64,000 bases of DNA, taken from the NCBI GenBank assembly GCA_934096295.1, contig CAKOLL010000002.1, positions 136,966 to 200,965 of the forward strand, read 5' to 3'. Positions 28,556 through 39,522 of the stretch are shown here, piece by piece. This stretch comes from an uncultured Bacilli bacterium (GTDB taxonomy: Bacteria > Bacillota_I > Bacilli_A > RF39 > UBA660). The notes below the pieces were generated by a model. The model made no database searches and was not told where the DNA came from. It was given only the letters and a program-made list of their open reading frames with translations. Position numbers and translations under genes: made by a program. The number at the start of each line of letters is the position of its first letter. The stretch's first letter is position 1.

Positions 28556-29779
28556 ATGAATAAGATTTTAGAAGAAGCATTAAAAAATGAAAGAAAAAGA
28601 CAAGAAGAAAATATTGAACTAATAGCAAGTGAAAACTATGTATCTAATGATATATTAAAATTACAAGGAAGTATTTTAACTAATAAGTATGCCGAAGGGT
28701 ATCCAGAAAAAAGATATTATGGTGGTTGTGAAAATGTTGATGTTATTGAAAATTTAGCAATAAATTATGCAAAAGATTTATTCGGGGCAGAATTTGCTAA
28801 TGTTCAACCTCATTCAGGTTCTAGTGCAAATATGGCTGTTTATAGGGCTTTGCTTTCTCATGGAGATAAAGTAATGGGAATGAATCTTTCTAATGGAGGA
28901 CATTTGACACATGGACATAGACTTTCCTTTAGTGGTCAAGATTATGAAATCGTTGATTATGATGTAAATATGGATTCGGAATATATTGATTATGAAGAGT
29001 TGGAAAGAAGAGTTTTAGAAGAAAAACCTAAGATGGTAATTGCAGGTGCTAGTGCATATTCTAGAATAATTGATTTTAAAAGATTTAGAGAAATCTGTGA
29101 TAAAGTTGGGGCTTATCTAATGGTTGATATGGCTCACATTGCGGGGTTAGTAGCGGCAGGGCTTCATCCATCTCCGGTTGGTTATGCTCATGTTGTAACT
29201 ACGACTACTCATAAAACTTTAAGAGGACCACGTGGAGGACTTATTCTAACAAATGATGCAGAAATTGCTAAGAAAATAAATAAAGTAGTTTTTCCTGGTA
29301 TTCAAGGTGGTCCGTTGATGCATGTTATTGCTGCAAAAGCTGAATGCTTTTATGAAGCGATGCAACCAGAGTTTAAAGAATATCAAATGCAAGTATTAAA
29401 AAATATTAAAGCTTTATCTAATACCTTATCTAATGAAGGTTTTAGAATTATATCAGGTGGTACTGATAATCATTTGATTTTAGTGGATGTAAAAGGTACT
29501 TGTGGCATAACTGGTAAAGATGCTCAAAATATACTTGATAAAATAAATATTACAACAAATAAAAATACTATTCCAAATGATTCTGAGTCACCAATGGTTG
29601 CTAGTGGACTAAGACTAGGCAGTCCAGCAATGACTTCTCGAGGACTTAAAGAAAGTGATTTTGAACAAATTGGATTAATAATATCAAAAGCGTTAAAAAA
29701 TAGTGAAAATGAAGAAGTATTAAATAATCTTAAAAAAGAAGTATTAGAAATAACTAGTAAATATCCATTATGGTATTAG
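28556..29779 (+). CDS. glyA: serine hydroxymethyltransferase GlyA
   Basis: '[10 protein letters not shown]', '[15 protein letters not shown]', PLP-Lys region '[15 protein letters not shown]'. Confidence 0.95.
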   Translation: MNKILEEALKNERKRQEENIELIASENYVSNDILKLQGSILTNKYAEGYPEKRYYGGCENVDVIENLAINYAKDLFGAEFANVQPHSGSSANMAVYRALLSHGDKVMGMNLSNGGHLTHGHRLSFSGQDYEIVDYDVNMDSEYIDYEELERRVLEEKPKMVIAGASAYSRIIDFKRFREICDKVGAYLMVDMAHIAGLVAAGLHPSPVGYAHVVTTTTHKTLRGPRGGLILTNDAEIAKKINKVVFPGIQGGPLMHVIAAKAECFYEAMQPEFKEYQMQVLKNIKALSNTLSNEGFRIISGGTDNHLILVDVKGTCGITGKDAQNILDKINITTNKNTIPNDSESPMVASGLRLGSPAMTSRGLKESDFEQIGLIISKALKNSENEEVLNNLKKEVLEITSKYPLWY

Positions 29780-29789
29780 GGAGGTAAGT

Positions 29790-30689
29790 ATGTCAAAGTG
29801 GGATAAAGATTATATTAAGTTATGTAAAAAAATATTAAGTGATGGAGTAGAAGTTGAAAATAGAACTGGTATAAATACTATAAAAATTCCAAGTTATCAT
29901 TTAGAGTTTGATTTGCGAGAAGAATTTCCATGCTTAACAACTAAACAACTATATTTTCGTCAAGCAATTCTTGAAATGTTATGGATATATCAAGCAGAAT
30001 CTAATGATGTTAGATGGTTACAAGAAAGAAATGTTCATATTTGGGATGAATGGGAAATTGCTGAAGATGGTAAATGGAGAGCTAACCAAAATGTTTTAGA
30101 AAATGGTAAATTGGTAAAAAAAGATATAGAGAAGGATTTTGGTGTGGAATATGCTCATACTATTGGAACAGCATATGGTTTTATAGTAAAGAAAATGGGA
30201 TTAATGAATCGTTTACTTGATACATTAAAAAATAATCCTTTAGATCGAAGAATGGTTATGTCTTTATGGCAAGACGAATATATTCCTACGGCGGTGCTTC
30301 CTAGTTGTGTTTGGTCAAGCGAGTGGGATGTTACGGATGGTTATTTAAATATTTGGGTTCATCAAAGAAGTTGTGATGTAGCTTTAGGACTTCCTTTTAA
30401 TGTTACTCAATATGCGGTACTTCTTAGTTTAGTTGCTCAAGTAAGTGGACTTAAACCTGGTACTATAAATTATAGTATTAAAGATGCTCATATTTATGTT
30501 AATCAAATTGAAGGGATTAAAGAACAAATTAATAGATTTGAAACTGATGGTGATTATGAGGCTCCGGTATTGTGGATTAATCCTGATATAAAAGAGTTTA
30601 AGGATTTTGATAATTCGGCTGATTTAAAAGACATTAAAATAAAAGGTTATAAACATATGGGACCAATTAAATTCCCTCTTGCACAGTAG
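29790..30689 (+). CDS. thyA: thymidylate synthase ThyA
   Basis: 'RTGINTIKIPSYHLEFDLREEFPCLTTKQLYFRQAILEMLWI', catalytic 'LPSCVWSSEW'-region Cys, 'VHQRSCDVALGLPFN'. Confidence 0.9.
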   Translation: MSKWDKDYIKLCKKILSDGVEVENRTGINTIKIPSYHLEFDLREEFPCLTTKQLYFRQAILEMLWIYQAESNDVRWLQERNVHIWDEWEIAEDGKWRANQNVLENGKLVKKDIEKDFGVEYAHTIGTAYGFIVKKMGLMNRLLDTLKNNPLDRRMVMSLWQDEYIPTAVLPSCVWSSEWDVTDGYLNIWVHQRSCDVALGLPFNVTQYAVLLSLVAQVSGLKPGTINYSIKDAHIYVNQIEGIKEQINRFETDGDYEAPVLWINPDIKEFKDFDNSADLKDIKIKGYKHMGPIKFPLAQ

Positions 30690-30700
30690 GTGAAACAAAA

Positions 30701-31171
30701 ATGATTAGTATTGTAGCAGCGGTTGGAAAAAATAATGAACTTGGTCGTGGAAATGACTTAATTTGGCATATTAAAGAAGATTTAAAGAACTTTAAAGATT
30801 TAACAATGGGAAAATATATTGTAATGGGCAAAAATACATATGAATCTTTACCTAGACATTTAGAAGGAAGAAAATATGTTGTGTTATCTAGTTCTTTAGA
30901 TAATATAGATAATGGGATATTGTTTAAAGATTTTGATAAATTATTAGAGTTTGTTAATAATTTGGATGAAGAAGTAATGATTATTGGTGGAGCAAGGGTA
31001 TATAGATTATTTTTGCCATATGCAACTAAGCTTTATTTGACTGAAATAGACAGTGAAGAAAAAGCAGATGTATATTTTCCAGAATTTAATAAAGAAGTTT
31101 ATACACGTAATGTTGTAAGTAGTAATGAAGTTAATGGATTAAAATATAGCTTTGTAATATATGAAAGGTGA
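30701..31171 (+). CDS. folA: dihydrofolate reductase FolA
   Basis: 'MISIVAAVGKNNELGRGNDLIWHIKEDLKNFKDLTMGKYIVMGKNTYESLP' canonical DHFR. Confidence 0.9.
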   Translation: MISIVAAVGKNNELGRGNDLIWHIKEDLKNFKDLTMGKYIVMGKNTYESLPRHLEGRKYVVLSSSLDNIDNGILFKDFDKLLEFVNNLDEEVMIIGGARVYRLFLPYATKLYLTEIDSEEKADVYFPEFNKEVYTRNVVSSNEVNGLKYSFVIYER

Positions 31172-31178
31172 TGAAATA

Positions 31179-31856
31179 ATGAGAGGTAAATTAATAGTAA
31201 TCGAGGGAACTGATTGTTCTGGTAAAGAAACACAAGTTAAAAAGGCTGTTGCTAGGTTTAAAGAGATGGGAGTAAATGTATATAATTATTCTTTCCCAAT
31301 GTATGATACTCCGACGGGAAGAATTGTTGGAGGCCCTTATTTAGGAAAATCATATATTTGTGAGGGCTGGTTTCCTGAGGGAGCTGTAAATGTTGATGCT
31401 CTAGCTGCTTCAGCTTATTATGCTGCAGATAGAAGATATAATATTGGTATTATAAATAAACATCTTGAAAACGGCGACATTGTTATCCTTGATAGATATG
31501 TTGAATCTAATATGGCTCACCAAGGAGGGAAATTAAATATTCGTGAAGAAAGAGAAAAAATGTATCAAAAACTTGATGAGTTAGAATTTGGTATTATGGA
31601 ATTACCTAGACCAGATGCTGTTATATTTCTTTATATGCCATTTGAATATGCTGCAATACTTAAAAAAAATAGAGAAGAAACTCCAGATCAACATGAGTCA
31701 AATAAAGCTCATTTGGAACAAGCTGAAAAAGCTTACTTAGAACTTACAGAAAAATATAATTATATTAAAGTAACTTGTGTTAAAGATGATATGATAAGAA
31801 CTATTGATGATATTAATGATGAAGTAGTTGAAAAAATAAAGGAAATTATCAAATGA
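31179..31856 (+). CDS. tmk: thymidylate kinase Tmk
   Basis: '[17 protein letters not shown]' P-loop, '[13 protein letters not shown]' DRY-like motif. Confidence 0.85.
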   Translation: MRGKLIVIEGTDCSGKETQVKKAVARFKEMGVNVYNYSFPMYDTPTGRIVGGPYLGKSYICEGWFPEGAVNVDALAASAYYAADRRYNIGIINKHLENGDIVILDRYVESNMAHQGGKLNIREEREKMYQKLDELEFGIMELPRPDAVIFLYMPFEYAAILKKNREETPDQHESNKAHLEQAEKAYLELTEKYNYIKVTCVKDDMIRTIDDINDEVVEKIKEIIK

Positions 31857-32887
31857 ATATAGAAGAATATAATTATGATTTACCTGAGGAGTTTATTGCT
31901 CAAACTCCGCTTTCTAATCGTAGTGATTCAAAACTTTTAATCCTTGATAAAGAAAATGGTAATATTAAAGAAGAAGTATTTAAAAATATTATTAATTATT
32001 TAAATAAAGGAGATGTTTTAGTACTTAATGATACAAAAGTAATACCAGCAAGATTAATCGGAGAAAAAGAAGATACAAAGGCTGTTATAGAACTATTGCT
32101 TTTAAAAGATATCGAAGGTAATACTTGGGAATGTTTAGCTAGACCTGGTAAAAGATTACATGTTGGAACAATTATTACTTTCGGAGATGGATTATTAAAA
32201 GCAGAGGTTATAGAAAAGTTAGATGAAGGTATTGTACATGTAAAATTAATATATGAGGGAATACTTATGGAAATACTTGAAAAATTAGGTACGATGCCTC
32301 TTCCTCCATATATACATGAAAAATTGAGTGATCAATCAAGATATCAAACTGTTTATGCTAAAAATTTAGGTAGTGCAGCAGCTCCAACCGCAGGATTACA
32401 TTTTACTAAGGAGCTGCTTGAAGAAATAAAGAATAAAGGAATTGAAATACTTTATGTAACCCTCCATGTAGGCCTTGGAACATTTAGACCTGTTGAGGTA
32501 ACTGATATAACTAAACATAATATGCATAGTGAATATTATATTATGACTAAAGATGTAGCAGATGCTTTAAATAAAGCAAAAAGTGAAGGAAGAAATATAT
32601 ATGCAGTTGGTACTACATCTACGAGAGTATTAGAAACTGTAGCAAGTAAGTATAATGAATTTAGGGAGTGTTCCGGGGATACTAATATATTTATATATCC
32701 AGGATATACTTTTAAAGCTATTGATGGTTTAATTACTAATTTTCATTTACCTAAAAGTACATTATTAATGCTTGTATCGGCATTATCTAAAAAAGAATAT
32801 ATTTTAAATGCTTATGAATATGCAAAAAAGAATAATTTTAGATTTTTTTCATTCGGGGATGCCATGTTTATTAAAAAAGATATATAA
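31853..32887 (+). CDS. queA: S-adenosylmethionine:tRNA ribosyltransferase-isomerase QueA
   Basis: '[27 protein letters not shown]', '[10 protein letters not shown]', '[11 protein letters not shown]'. Confidence 0.9.
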   Translation: MNIEEYNYDLPEEFIAQTPLSNRSDSKLLILDKENGNIKEEVFKNIINYLNKGDVLVLNDTKVIPARLIGEKEDTKAVIELLLLKDIEGNTWECLARPGKRLHVGTIITFGDGLLKAEVIEKLDEGIVHVKLIYEGILMEILEKLGTMPLPPYIHEKLSDQSRYQTVYAKNLGSAAAPTAGLHFTKELLEEIKNKGIEILYVTLHVGLGTFRPVEVTDITKHNMHSEYYIMTKDVADALNKAKSEGRNIYAVGTTSTRVLETVASKYNEFRECSGDTNIFIYPGYTFKAIDGLITNFHLPKSTLLMLVSALSKKEYILNAYEYAKKNNFRFFSFGDAMFIKKDI

Positions 32888-32955
32888 GAAAAATCTTATA
32901 TATTTTTTATTTTGATAAGAAAAGTTGCTTAAATATTGTTGAAATATCGGCTCTT

Positions 32956-33040
32956 CGAAATCTAGTGGGGAGCTAAAATAACTCCTCATCGAAATTTGGT
33001 GGGGAGTTTTTATATAAAAGCTTCGAAATCTGGTGGGGAG
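32956..33040. repeat. three 17-bp direct repeats cgaaatYTRGTGGGGAG spaced 34 bp (iteron-like)
   Basis: cgaaatctagtggggag (32956), cgaaatttggtggggag (32990), cgaaatctggtggggag (33024) read directly between queA and Rpn-family gene. Confidence 0.85.
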
Positions 33041-33255
33041 ATGATTATGGTGTTTTATCATCTCTTTTTATATGTAATAGTGAATAAGAAAAAGAAAGGA
33101 TGATAATAACATAAGTAAGTAATAAAAAGTTAGAAAATAATACTTAAAATAATAATTTTTGATAAAAATAAAACTAGTTCGACAAGAAGAAACAAATTTT
33201 TCATTCTGATTGTGCTAAGATAGAAAATGTTTCTTTAGAAATGGAGGTGGTAGGC

Positions 33256-34095
33256 ATGACCGAAACAAAAGAATTTACATGGCTAAATAATGATTTAGTA
33301 TTTAAACATATTTTTAGTAAAAAAGAAATAATAAAAGATTTCTTTAATTCATATCTAAAATATATTAAATCAGATTTAACTATTTCAAATGTTCGAGTTA
33401 CTAAACAAAAATACATTCAAAACGATAATATTAAGTTACATGACTATTATTTAGATATTGTTTTAGTATTATCAAATGGGGAATTAGTAAATATAGAGAT
33501 GTATAATAATTTCGGAGAAACAGAATGTATGAAAAGTTTAGCATATGCATCACATATATATTCGCATCAACTTAAAAAGAATAATCCTTATAAAAATCTT
33601 AAGAAAGTAACAAGTTTTAATATTATGAGTGGTAATTACAAATTAAGTAATAATGAAATAATAAATAAATATGAATTAATAAATGTAATAAATCATGAAA
33701 AGATATTAAAAGAAAGCATTGAAATGTTGCTAATAAGACTTGACATATTAGATGAAATACCTTATTCTATAATTGAAGAAAGATTTATAAGATGGTGTAG
33801 ATTGTTATATGCAAGAACACGTGAAGAAACAATGAAAATAGCAGAGGGAGATGAATTAATGATGAGTACGGTTGAAATGGTAGATGACTTTATAAATGAT
33901 CCAGAAGTGATAAGTATATTTCATGATGATTCGTGGAAGATAGTTTCAGCTGAACAACGTGGAGAACAACGTGGAGAAACCAAAAATAAATTAGAAACTG
34001 CGAAAAACATGCTGAAAGAAAACTGTAGTCCAAAGTTTATAAGTAAAATAACAAACTTATCAATATCTGAGATAAATAAGTTAAAAGTTAATTAA
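33256..34095 (+). CDS. Rpn/YhgA-family PD-(D/E)xK nuclease (transposase_31-like), copy 1
   Basis: N-terminal 'NDLVFKHIFSKK', 'DYYLDIVLVLSNGELVNIEM' PD-(D/E)xK core; C-terminal 'EQRGEQRGE' repeats and 'ISKITNLSISEINKLK' tail typical of Rpn family. Confidence 0.65.
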   Translation: MTETKEFTWLNNDLVFKHIFSKKEIIKDFFNSYLKYIKSDLTISNVRVTKQKYIQNDNIKLHDYYLDIVLVLSNGELVNIEMYNNFGETECMKSLAYASHIYSHQLKKNNPYKNLKKVTSFNIMSGNYKLSNNEIINKYELINVINHEKILKESIEMLLIRLDILDEIPYSIIEERFIRWCRLLYARTREETMKIAEGDELMMSTVEMVDDFINDPEVISIFHDDSWKIVSAEQRGEQRGETKNKLETAKNMLKENCSPKFISKITNLSISEINKLKVN

Positions 34096-34219
34096 TTAGT
34101 AAAGATAATATTTGAAAAAAGTATTATCTTTTTAAATTATCAAAAATATGTAAAATTTATGTATTTTTATTGTTTGGTAAGGGGTTAAGTGATAAAATAA
34201 GAACATGGGAGGATTAGAA

Positions 34220-36850
34220 ATGGAAAAATATGTTTATTTGTTTCAAGAAGGAAACAAGGATATGCGTAATACCCTTGGGGGTAAAGGTGCTAATTTAGCA
34301 GAAATGACTAATATTGGATTACCTGTTCCAAGTGGGTTTACAGTTACAACAGAAGCTTGTAACAAGTATTATGAAGATGGAAAGGAATTATCTAGTGAAG
34401 TAATAGAACAAATTAAAGAAGCTTTGGCTAAACTAGAAGAAAAAAGTGGTAAGAAATTTGGTGATAAAACAAATCCATTACTAGTAAGTGTAAGAAGTGG
34501 TGCAAGAGCTAGTATGCCAGGTATGATGGATACTGTACTTAATTTAGGTTTAAATGATGAAATAGCAGCATCTTTCGCTGAAAAAATTGGTAATAAAAGA
34601 TTTGTTTATGATTCTTATAGAAGATTTATTCAAATGTTTGCCGATGTAGTTAAAGGTTATGCAAAAAGTAAATTTGAAACTATTATAGATGAAGTTAAAG
34701 CTAAAAAAGGTGTTAAAAATGATATCGATTTAGATGAAGATGATATGTTTGAATTAACTAATCTATTTAAAAATGCTTATAAAGAATTTGCAGGAGAAGA
34801 TTTTCCTCAAGAACCATTTACACAATTAATTGAGGCTGTTAAAGCTGTATTTAGAAGTTGGAATAATGAAAGAGCTATTTATTATAGAAGAATAAATGAT
34901 ATTCCATCTAGTTGGGGAACAGCAGTTAATGTTCAAGAAATGGTTTATGGTAATAGCGGAGATAAATCAGGAACTGGTGTTGCATTTACAAGAAATCCCG
35001 CAACTGGTGAAAAAGCATTATTCGGAGAATACTTAATTAATGCACAAGGTGAAGATGTTGTTGCTGGTATTCGTACACCTAGCCCAATTGCAACATTAAA
35101 AACTGAAATGCCTGAAGTTTATGAAGAATTTGCTAGTATTGCCCAAGAATTAGAAAATCATTATAAAGATATGCAAGATATGGAATTTACTATTGAAAAT
35201 GGTAAGTTATTCATTCTTCAAACAAGAAATGGTAAAAGAACAGCAAGTGCTGCTGTTAAAGTTGCTGTTGATTTAGTAAATGAAGGAATGATTACTAAAG
35301 AAGAAGCTATATTAATGGTTGATCCAAAACAACTTGATGCCTTATTACATCCAACATTTACTACTGAATCACTAAAAAATGGTAAAGTAGTTGCTGAAGG
35401 TTTGGCTGCATCACCTGGAGCAGGAACTGGAAGAATTTATTTTACAGCTAGTGATGTAATTGAAAACAAGAAAAAAGGTATTGATTCATTACTTGTTAGA
35501 CTTGAAACATCACCAGAAGACATTGAAGGTATGAACTCAAGTAAAGGTGTTTTAACTATTCGTGGTGGTATGACTAGTCATGCAGCAGTAGTTGCTCGTG
35601 GTATGGGTATTTGCTGTGTAAGTGGAGCATCAACTATCGTTTTAAATGAAGAAGAAAAAACACTTAAAATGCCAGATGGAAGTATCTTTAAAGAAGGAGA
35701 TTACTTATCAATTGATGGTTCAACTGGTAAAGTATATGCTGGTAAACTAGAAATGCAAGAAGCATCTATAAGTGGAGACTTTGAAACATTTATGTCTTGG
35801 GCAGATGAAGCTAGAGACTTAAGAGTAAGAACAAATGCTGATACACCAAAGGATGCAATGCAAGCAAGAAAATTCGGAGCTGAAGGAATTGGTCTTTGTC
35901 GTACAGAACACATGTTCTTTGAGAAAGACAGAATATTTAACTTTAGAAAAATGATTTGTGCAACAACTCTAGAAGAAAGAGAAAAAGCTTTAGAAAATAT
36001 TTTACCATATCAAAGAAAAGACTTTGAAGGTTTATTTGAAGCTATGGCTCCATATAGTGTTGTTATTAGATACTTGGATCCACCTCTACATGAATTTTTA
36101 CCAAAAACAGAGGCAGAAATTAAAGAACTTGCAGATGATTTAGGTAAAACTGTTGAAGAATTACATGAAGTAATTGCATCACTTAAAGAATTCAACCCAA
36201 TGATGGGACATAGAGGATGCCGTTTAGCAATTACTTATCCTGAAATTGCTAAAATGCAAACAAGAGCTGTTATTGAAGCTGCAATTAATGTAACTAAGAA
36301 AGGTACTCCAGTTACACCTGAAATTATGATACCTTTAGTTGGTGAAGTTAAAGAATTAAAATATGTTAAAGAAATCGTAGTTAAGACTGCAGATGAAATT
36401 ATTGCAGCATCTGGTATAGATTTAAAATATGAAGTTGGAACAATGATTGAAATTCCAAGGGCTGCACTTTTAGCAGACCAAATAGCTACAGAAGCTGAAT
36501 TCTTCAGTTTTGGTACAAATGACTTAACTCAAATGACATATGGATTCTCTAGAGATGATGCTGGTAAATTCTTAAATTCATATTATGAAAAAGGAATATT
36601 TGAATTTGATCCATTTGCTCGTATTGACTTTGATGGTGTTGGACTACTTATGGAAATGGGAGCAACAAAAGGTAGAAGCGTTAATCCAAAATTATCTTTG
36701 GGTATTTGTGGAGAACATGGTGGAGATCCAGCAAGTGTTGCCTTCTGTGATAAACTAGGATTTAATTATGTATCTTGTTCACCATATAGAGTGCCAATTG
36801 CTAGACTAGCAGCAGCTAAAGCAGCTATTTTAAGAAAACAAAGTAAATAA
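34220..36850 (+). CDS. ppdK: pyruvate, phosphate dikinase
   Basis: 'NTLGGKGANLAEM' ATP-grasp, phosphohistidine region 'GGMTSHAAVVARGMG', PEP-utilizing C-terminal 'CGEHGGDP'. Confidence 0.9.
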   Translation: MEKYVYLFQEGNKDMRNTLGGKGANLAEMTNIGLPVPSGFTVTTEACNKYYEDGKELSSEVIEQIKEALAKLEEKSGKKFGDKTNPLLVSVRSGARASMPGMMDTVLNLGLNDEIAASFAEKIGNKRFVYDSYRRFIQMFADVVKGYAKSKFETIIDEVKAKKGVKNDIDLDEDDMFELTNLFKNAYKEFAGEDFPQEPFTQLIEAVKAVFRSWNNERAIYYRRINDIPSSWGTAVNVQEMVYGNSGDKSGTGVAFTRNPATGEKALFGEYLINAQGEDVVAGIRTPSPIATLKTEMPEVYEEFASIAQELENHYKDMQDMEFTIENGKLFILQTRNGKRTASAAVKVAVDLVNEGMITKEEAILMVDPKQLDALLHPTFTTESLKNGKVVAEGLAASPGAGTGRIYFTASDVIENKKKGIDSLLVRLETSPEDIEGMNSSKGVLTIRGGMTSHAAVVARGMGICCVSGASTIVLNEEEKTLKMPDGSIFKEGDYLSIDGSTGKVYAGKLEMQEASISGDFETFMSWADEARDLRVRTNADTPKDAMQARKFGAEGIGLCRTEHMFFEKDRIFNFRKMICATTLEEREKALENILPYQRKDFEGLFEAMAPYSVVIRYLDPPLHEFLPKTEAEIKELADDLGKTVEELHEVIASLKEFNPMMGHRGCRLAITYPEIAKMQTRAVIEAAINVTKKGTPVTPEIMIPLVGEVKELKYVKEIVVKTADEIIAASGIDLKYEVGTMIEIPRAALLADQIATEAEFFSFGTNDLTQMTYGFSRDDAGKFLNSYYEKGIFEFDPFARIDFDGVGLLMEMGATKGRSVNPKLSLGICGEHGGDPASVAFCDKLGFNYVSCSPYRVPIARLAAAKAAILRKQSK

Positions 36851-36857
36851 AATTTTT

Positions 36858-36892
36858 AAAATCTAACATTAAGTTGTTAGATTTTTTTTTGT
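36858..36892 (+). terminator. rho-independent terminator after ppdK
   Basis: aaatctaaca-ttaag-ttgttagattt + T9. Confidence 0.7.
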
Positions 36893-37057
36893 AATTTTTT
36901 AGGTAATTACTAAAAAATTACACTTTTTGAACACACTCGACACAAACCAACAAATTATTCGGATTAAGTATGCTTTAATAGATTCTTGTGAGGTGATTTT
37001 TATAAGAAAGATTGTAATTTAAGAATAAAATGGGGCAAAAAGAAAGATGAGGTTATA

Positions 37058-37792
37058 GTGAAAAGAATTAGTGATAGTAGTAAAAGTTTTTATCCTGGTG
37101 TGTTAAAAGAATATTTTATTGATAGTATTATCAAAAGTAGATTTAAAGATAAGGTAGTGTATGATGATTTAGATAACTTAACAATATGTATTAAAGGCTT
37201 TTGTATAACTATGTTTAATGTTAATATGTTTTTTAAAGAAATTTTTAGACATTATAAATTAATTAATTTTAAAGTGCAAGAAATTAGTATTCTTTATCAT
37301 GATAATTCGTACCAGGAGTATTTAGTTAAGGTAGGTACAACATATAAAAATGTAAAATGGGTTTTACCTATTAGAATTATCGGTGGCTTCTTATATTTTC
37401 CAATGGGAAAACAAAGAAAAGTTTATTTGTCAAAATTTAAGAATAAGGTCTTGATTAATGAAATTACAAATGTAGAAAAATTAACATTTGCTTTTTATAA
37501 GATTATAAATAATATTTTGGTAAATAATGAATTGCTTTTAAAATATTATATTTTATTTAATAAAAGGATAAGTAGAAAATTAATGATAGAAACTACTATG
37601 GATTTTTATCAAGTGAAGGAAGAAAGTATTAATATAGAAAAAATAAAAAATAGAATAAAAATTTTAAAAAGTGATAAAAGGTTAAGAAAGTCATGGCATA
37701 TTTATAAAGAAAAAAATGATGTTAAAACTGGATATGATGATATTCTATGTGCAATAGAATTATTGTGGGTATCCTTAAGGAAGGTGGTTTAA
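37058..37792 (+). CDS. hypothetical protein, translationally abutting downstream adhesin gene
   Basis: 244-aa Lys/Ile-rich ORF, no recognisable motif; stop 37792 directly followed by ATG 37793. Confidence 0.4.
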   Translation: MKRISDSSKSFYPGVLKEYFIDSIIKSRFKDKVVYDDLDNLTICIKGFCITMFNVNMFFKEIFRHYKLINFKVQEISILYHDNSYQEYLVKVGTTYKNVKWVLPIRIIGGFLYFPMGKQRKVYLSKFKNKVLINEITNVEKLTFAFYKIINNILVNNELLLKYYILFNKRISRKLMIETTMDFYQVKEESINIEKIKNRIKILKSDKRLRKSWHIYKEKNDVKTGYDDILCAIELLWVSLRKVV

Positions 37793-39478
37793 ATGGTTAA
37801 AAAGGTAATTATTTTAGTTTTAAGTATGTTTAGCTTTATCGTAAATACACAATGTGTTTCGTTTAAGGGCGGAGATGTTATTGATGGTGTTTATGTTTTG
37901 AAAATTAAAAGTAATGGAGAAAAAGAATATAAAAAGGGACAATTTATAGTAGATGAGTATGGGGATTATGTTTATTGTTTAGAACCTTTTATCAAAGTAA
38001 ATAATAGTTCTAAATATGATGAATACTCAGATAATTTTGCTAAACCTTTGGGTATAAGTGATGAATTGTGGCAAAAAATAAATTTAATAAGTTATTATGG
38101 TTATAAATATAAGGATAGTGTTCATAATCATAATGAAGCAAAATGGTACTATATTACTCAAATGATGATATGGCAAGTTGTTAGTCCAGAATCTCGATTT
38201 TATTTTACGGATAGTTTTAAAGGAAATATTAATGCTACACTTTTTGAAAATGAAATAAAAGAGATAAATGATTTAATAAGTAATCATTTTGTAATACCAG
38301 AATTTAAAGTTCCAGATGCATATATCGGGGATACTCTTACAATAATTGATCAAAATGGAGTTTTAAGTAAATTTTCGAGTGATGATTTTGTAAGTATTAA
38401 AGGAAATATTTTAACTATAGATATAAAGAAAAAAGAAAACACTTTTACTTTAAGAAAAAGTACTAATAATAAAGCTTATATCTTTGTAAGTAGCGATAGC
38501 CAAAATATTTTAAAAGGTAAAATGGATGTTTTAGTTAAAGCTAATTATATTATTAAAGGTAAACCAGTTTTAGGTAAAATTAGTTTAAAAAAATACGGAG
38601 AAATATACAATAATGGAAATTATTCTAAAGAAGTTTTAGAAGGAGTAACGTTTACTTTGTATGATGAAAATAGGAATATCTTAAGGGATGTGGTTACGAA
38701 CAAGGATGGAGAAGCTGTTTTCGGTGATTTACCTGAAGGGAAATATTATATTAAAGAAACTGGAAGTATTGATGGATATGTTTTAGATGATAGAGAATAT
38801 GAAGTAATATTAAAGTTAAATAAAAATAATATAATGATAGATGTGTTTTTAGAAATAGAGAATGTTTTAGATAAAGGTAAGTTAGTTATTAAGAAAATAG
38901 ATTTTGATAATGGATTTCCTTTAGAAAATACAAAATTTGTAATTATGAAGGATGATGTAATAATACATGAGGGAGTAACTAATAAAGATGGAATACTTGA
39001 AGTAAAAGATTTACCGTTTGGAAAATACTTAATTAAAGAAATAGAAGCAAAGAGTGGGTATGTACTTGATGAGATGGTTTATGAGGTAAAGGTAGATGGT
39101 AATAATAAAGATATTTTGTTAGAAATAAAAAATGAACTTGAAAAGGGAAAGCTTGTTATAAAAAAAGTTAATGCTAGTAATAATGAAGCTATAAGTAATA
39201 CGGAATTTGTTATTATAAAAGATGGTATTATAATATATAAAGGAGTTACAAATGAATATGGAATACTTGAGGTGAATGATCTTGTTTTAGGTAAATATGT
39301 TATTAGAGAAACAAGAGCTAGTGATGGATTTATATTAAATGAAGAAGAAATTGATATTACATTAGATAAAGATATAAATTATATAGAAATATCTAATATT
39401 CCTGATACTGATATACAAGTTAATAAGTTAATTTTATATTTTGATGATAAGTTGAAAAATAAAAAAGTTTTGGTTTAA
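37793..39478 (+). CDS. secreted adhesin-like protein: putative N-terminal thioester domain + three Cna-B/SpaA-type prealbumin-fold repeats; no sortase motif
   Basis: Signal peptide; 'YVYCLEPF' (Cys) and 'YITQMMIWQV' (TQxxIW Gln motif) as in TED thioester domains; three repeats each with 'GKLVIKK...GVTNKDGILEV.DLP.GKY.IKE....GYVLD'. Confidence 0.6.
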   Translation: MVKKVIILVLSMFSFIVNTQCVSFKGGDVIDGVYVLKIKSNGEKEYKKGQFIVDEYGDYVYCLEPFIKVNNSSKYDEYSDNFAKPLGISDELWQKINLISYYGYKYKDSVHNHNEAKWYYITQMMIWQVVSPESRFYFTDSFKGNINATLFENEIKEINDLISNHFVIPEFKVPDAYIGDTLTIIDQNGVLSKFSSDDFVSIKGNILTIDIKKKENTFTLRKSTNNKAYIFVSSDSQNILKGKMDVLVKANYIIKGKPVLGKISLKKYGEIYNNGNYSKEVLEGVTFTLYDENRNILRDVVTNKDGEAVFGDLPEGKYYIKETGSIDGYVLDDREYEVILKLNKNNIMIDVFLEIENVLDKGKLVIKKIDFDNGFPLENTKFVIMKDDVIIHEGVTNKDGILEVKDLPFGKYLIKEIEAKSGYVLDEMVYEVKVDGNNKDILLEIKNELEKGKLVIKKVNASNNEAISNTEFVIIKDGIIIYKGVTNEYGILEVNDLVLGKYVIRETRASDGFILNEEEIDITLDKDINYIEISNIPDTDIQVNKLILYFDDKLKNKKVLV

Positions 39479-39522
39479 AAAAGTTAATCCTCGTGTTATA
39501 ATAAGTCATGAGGTTTTGAAGT

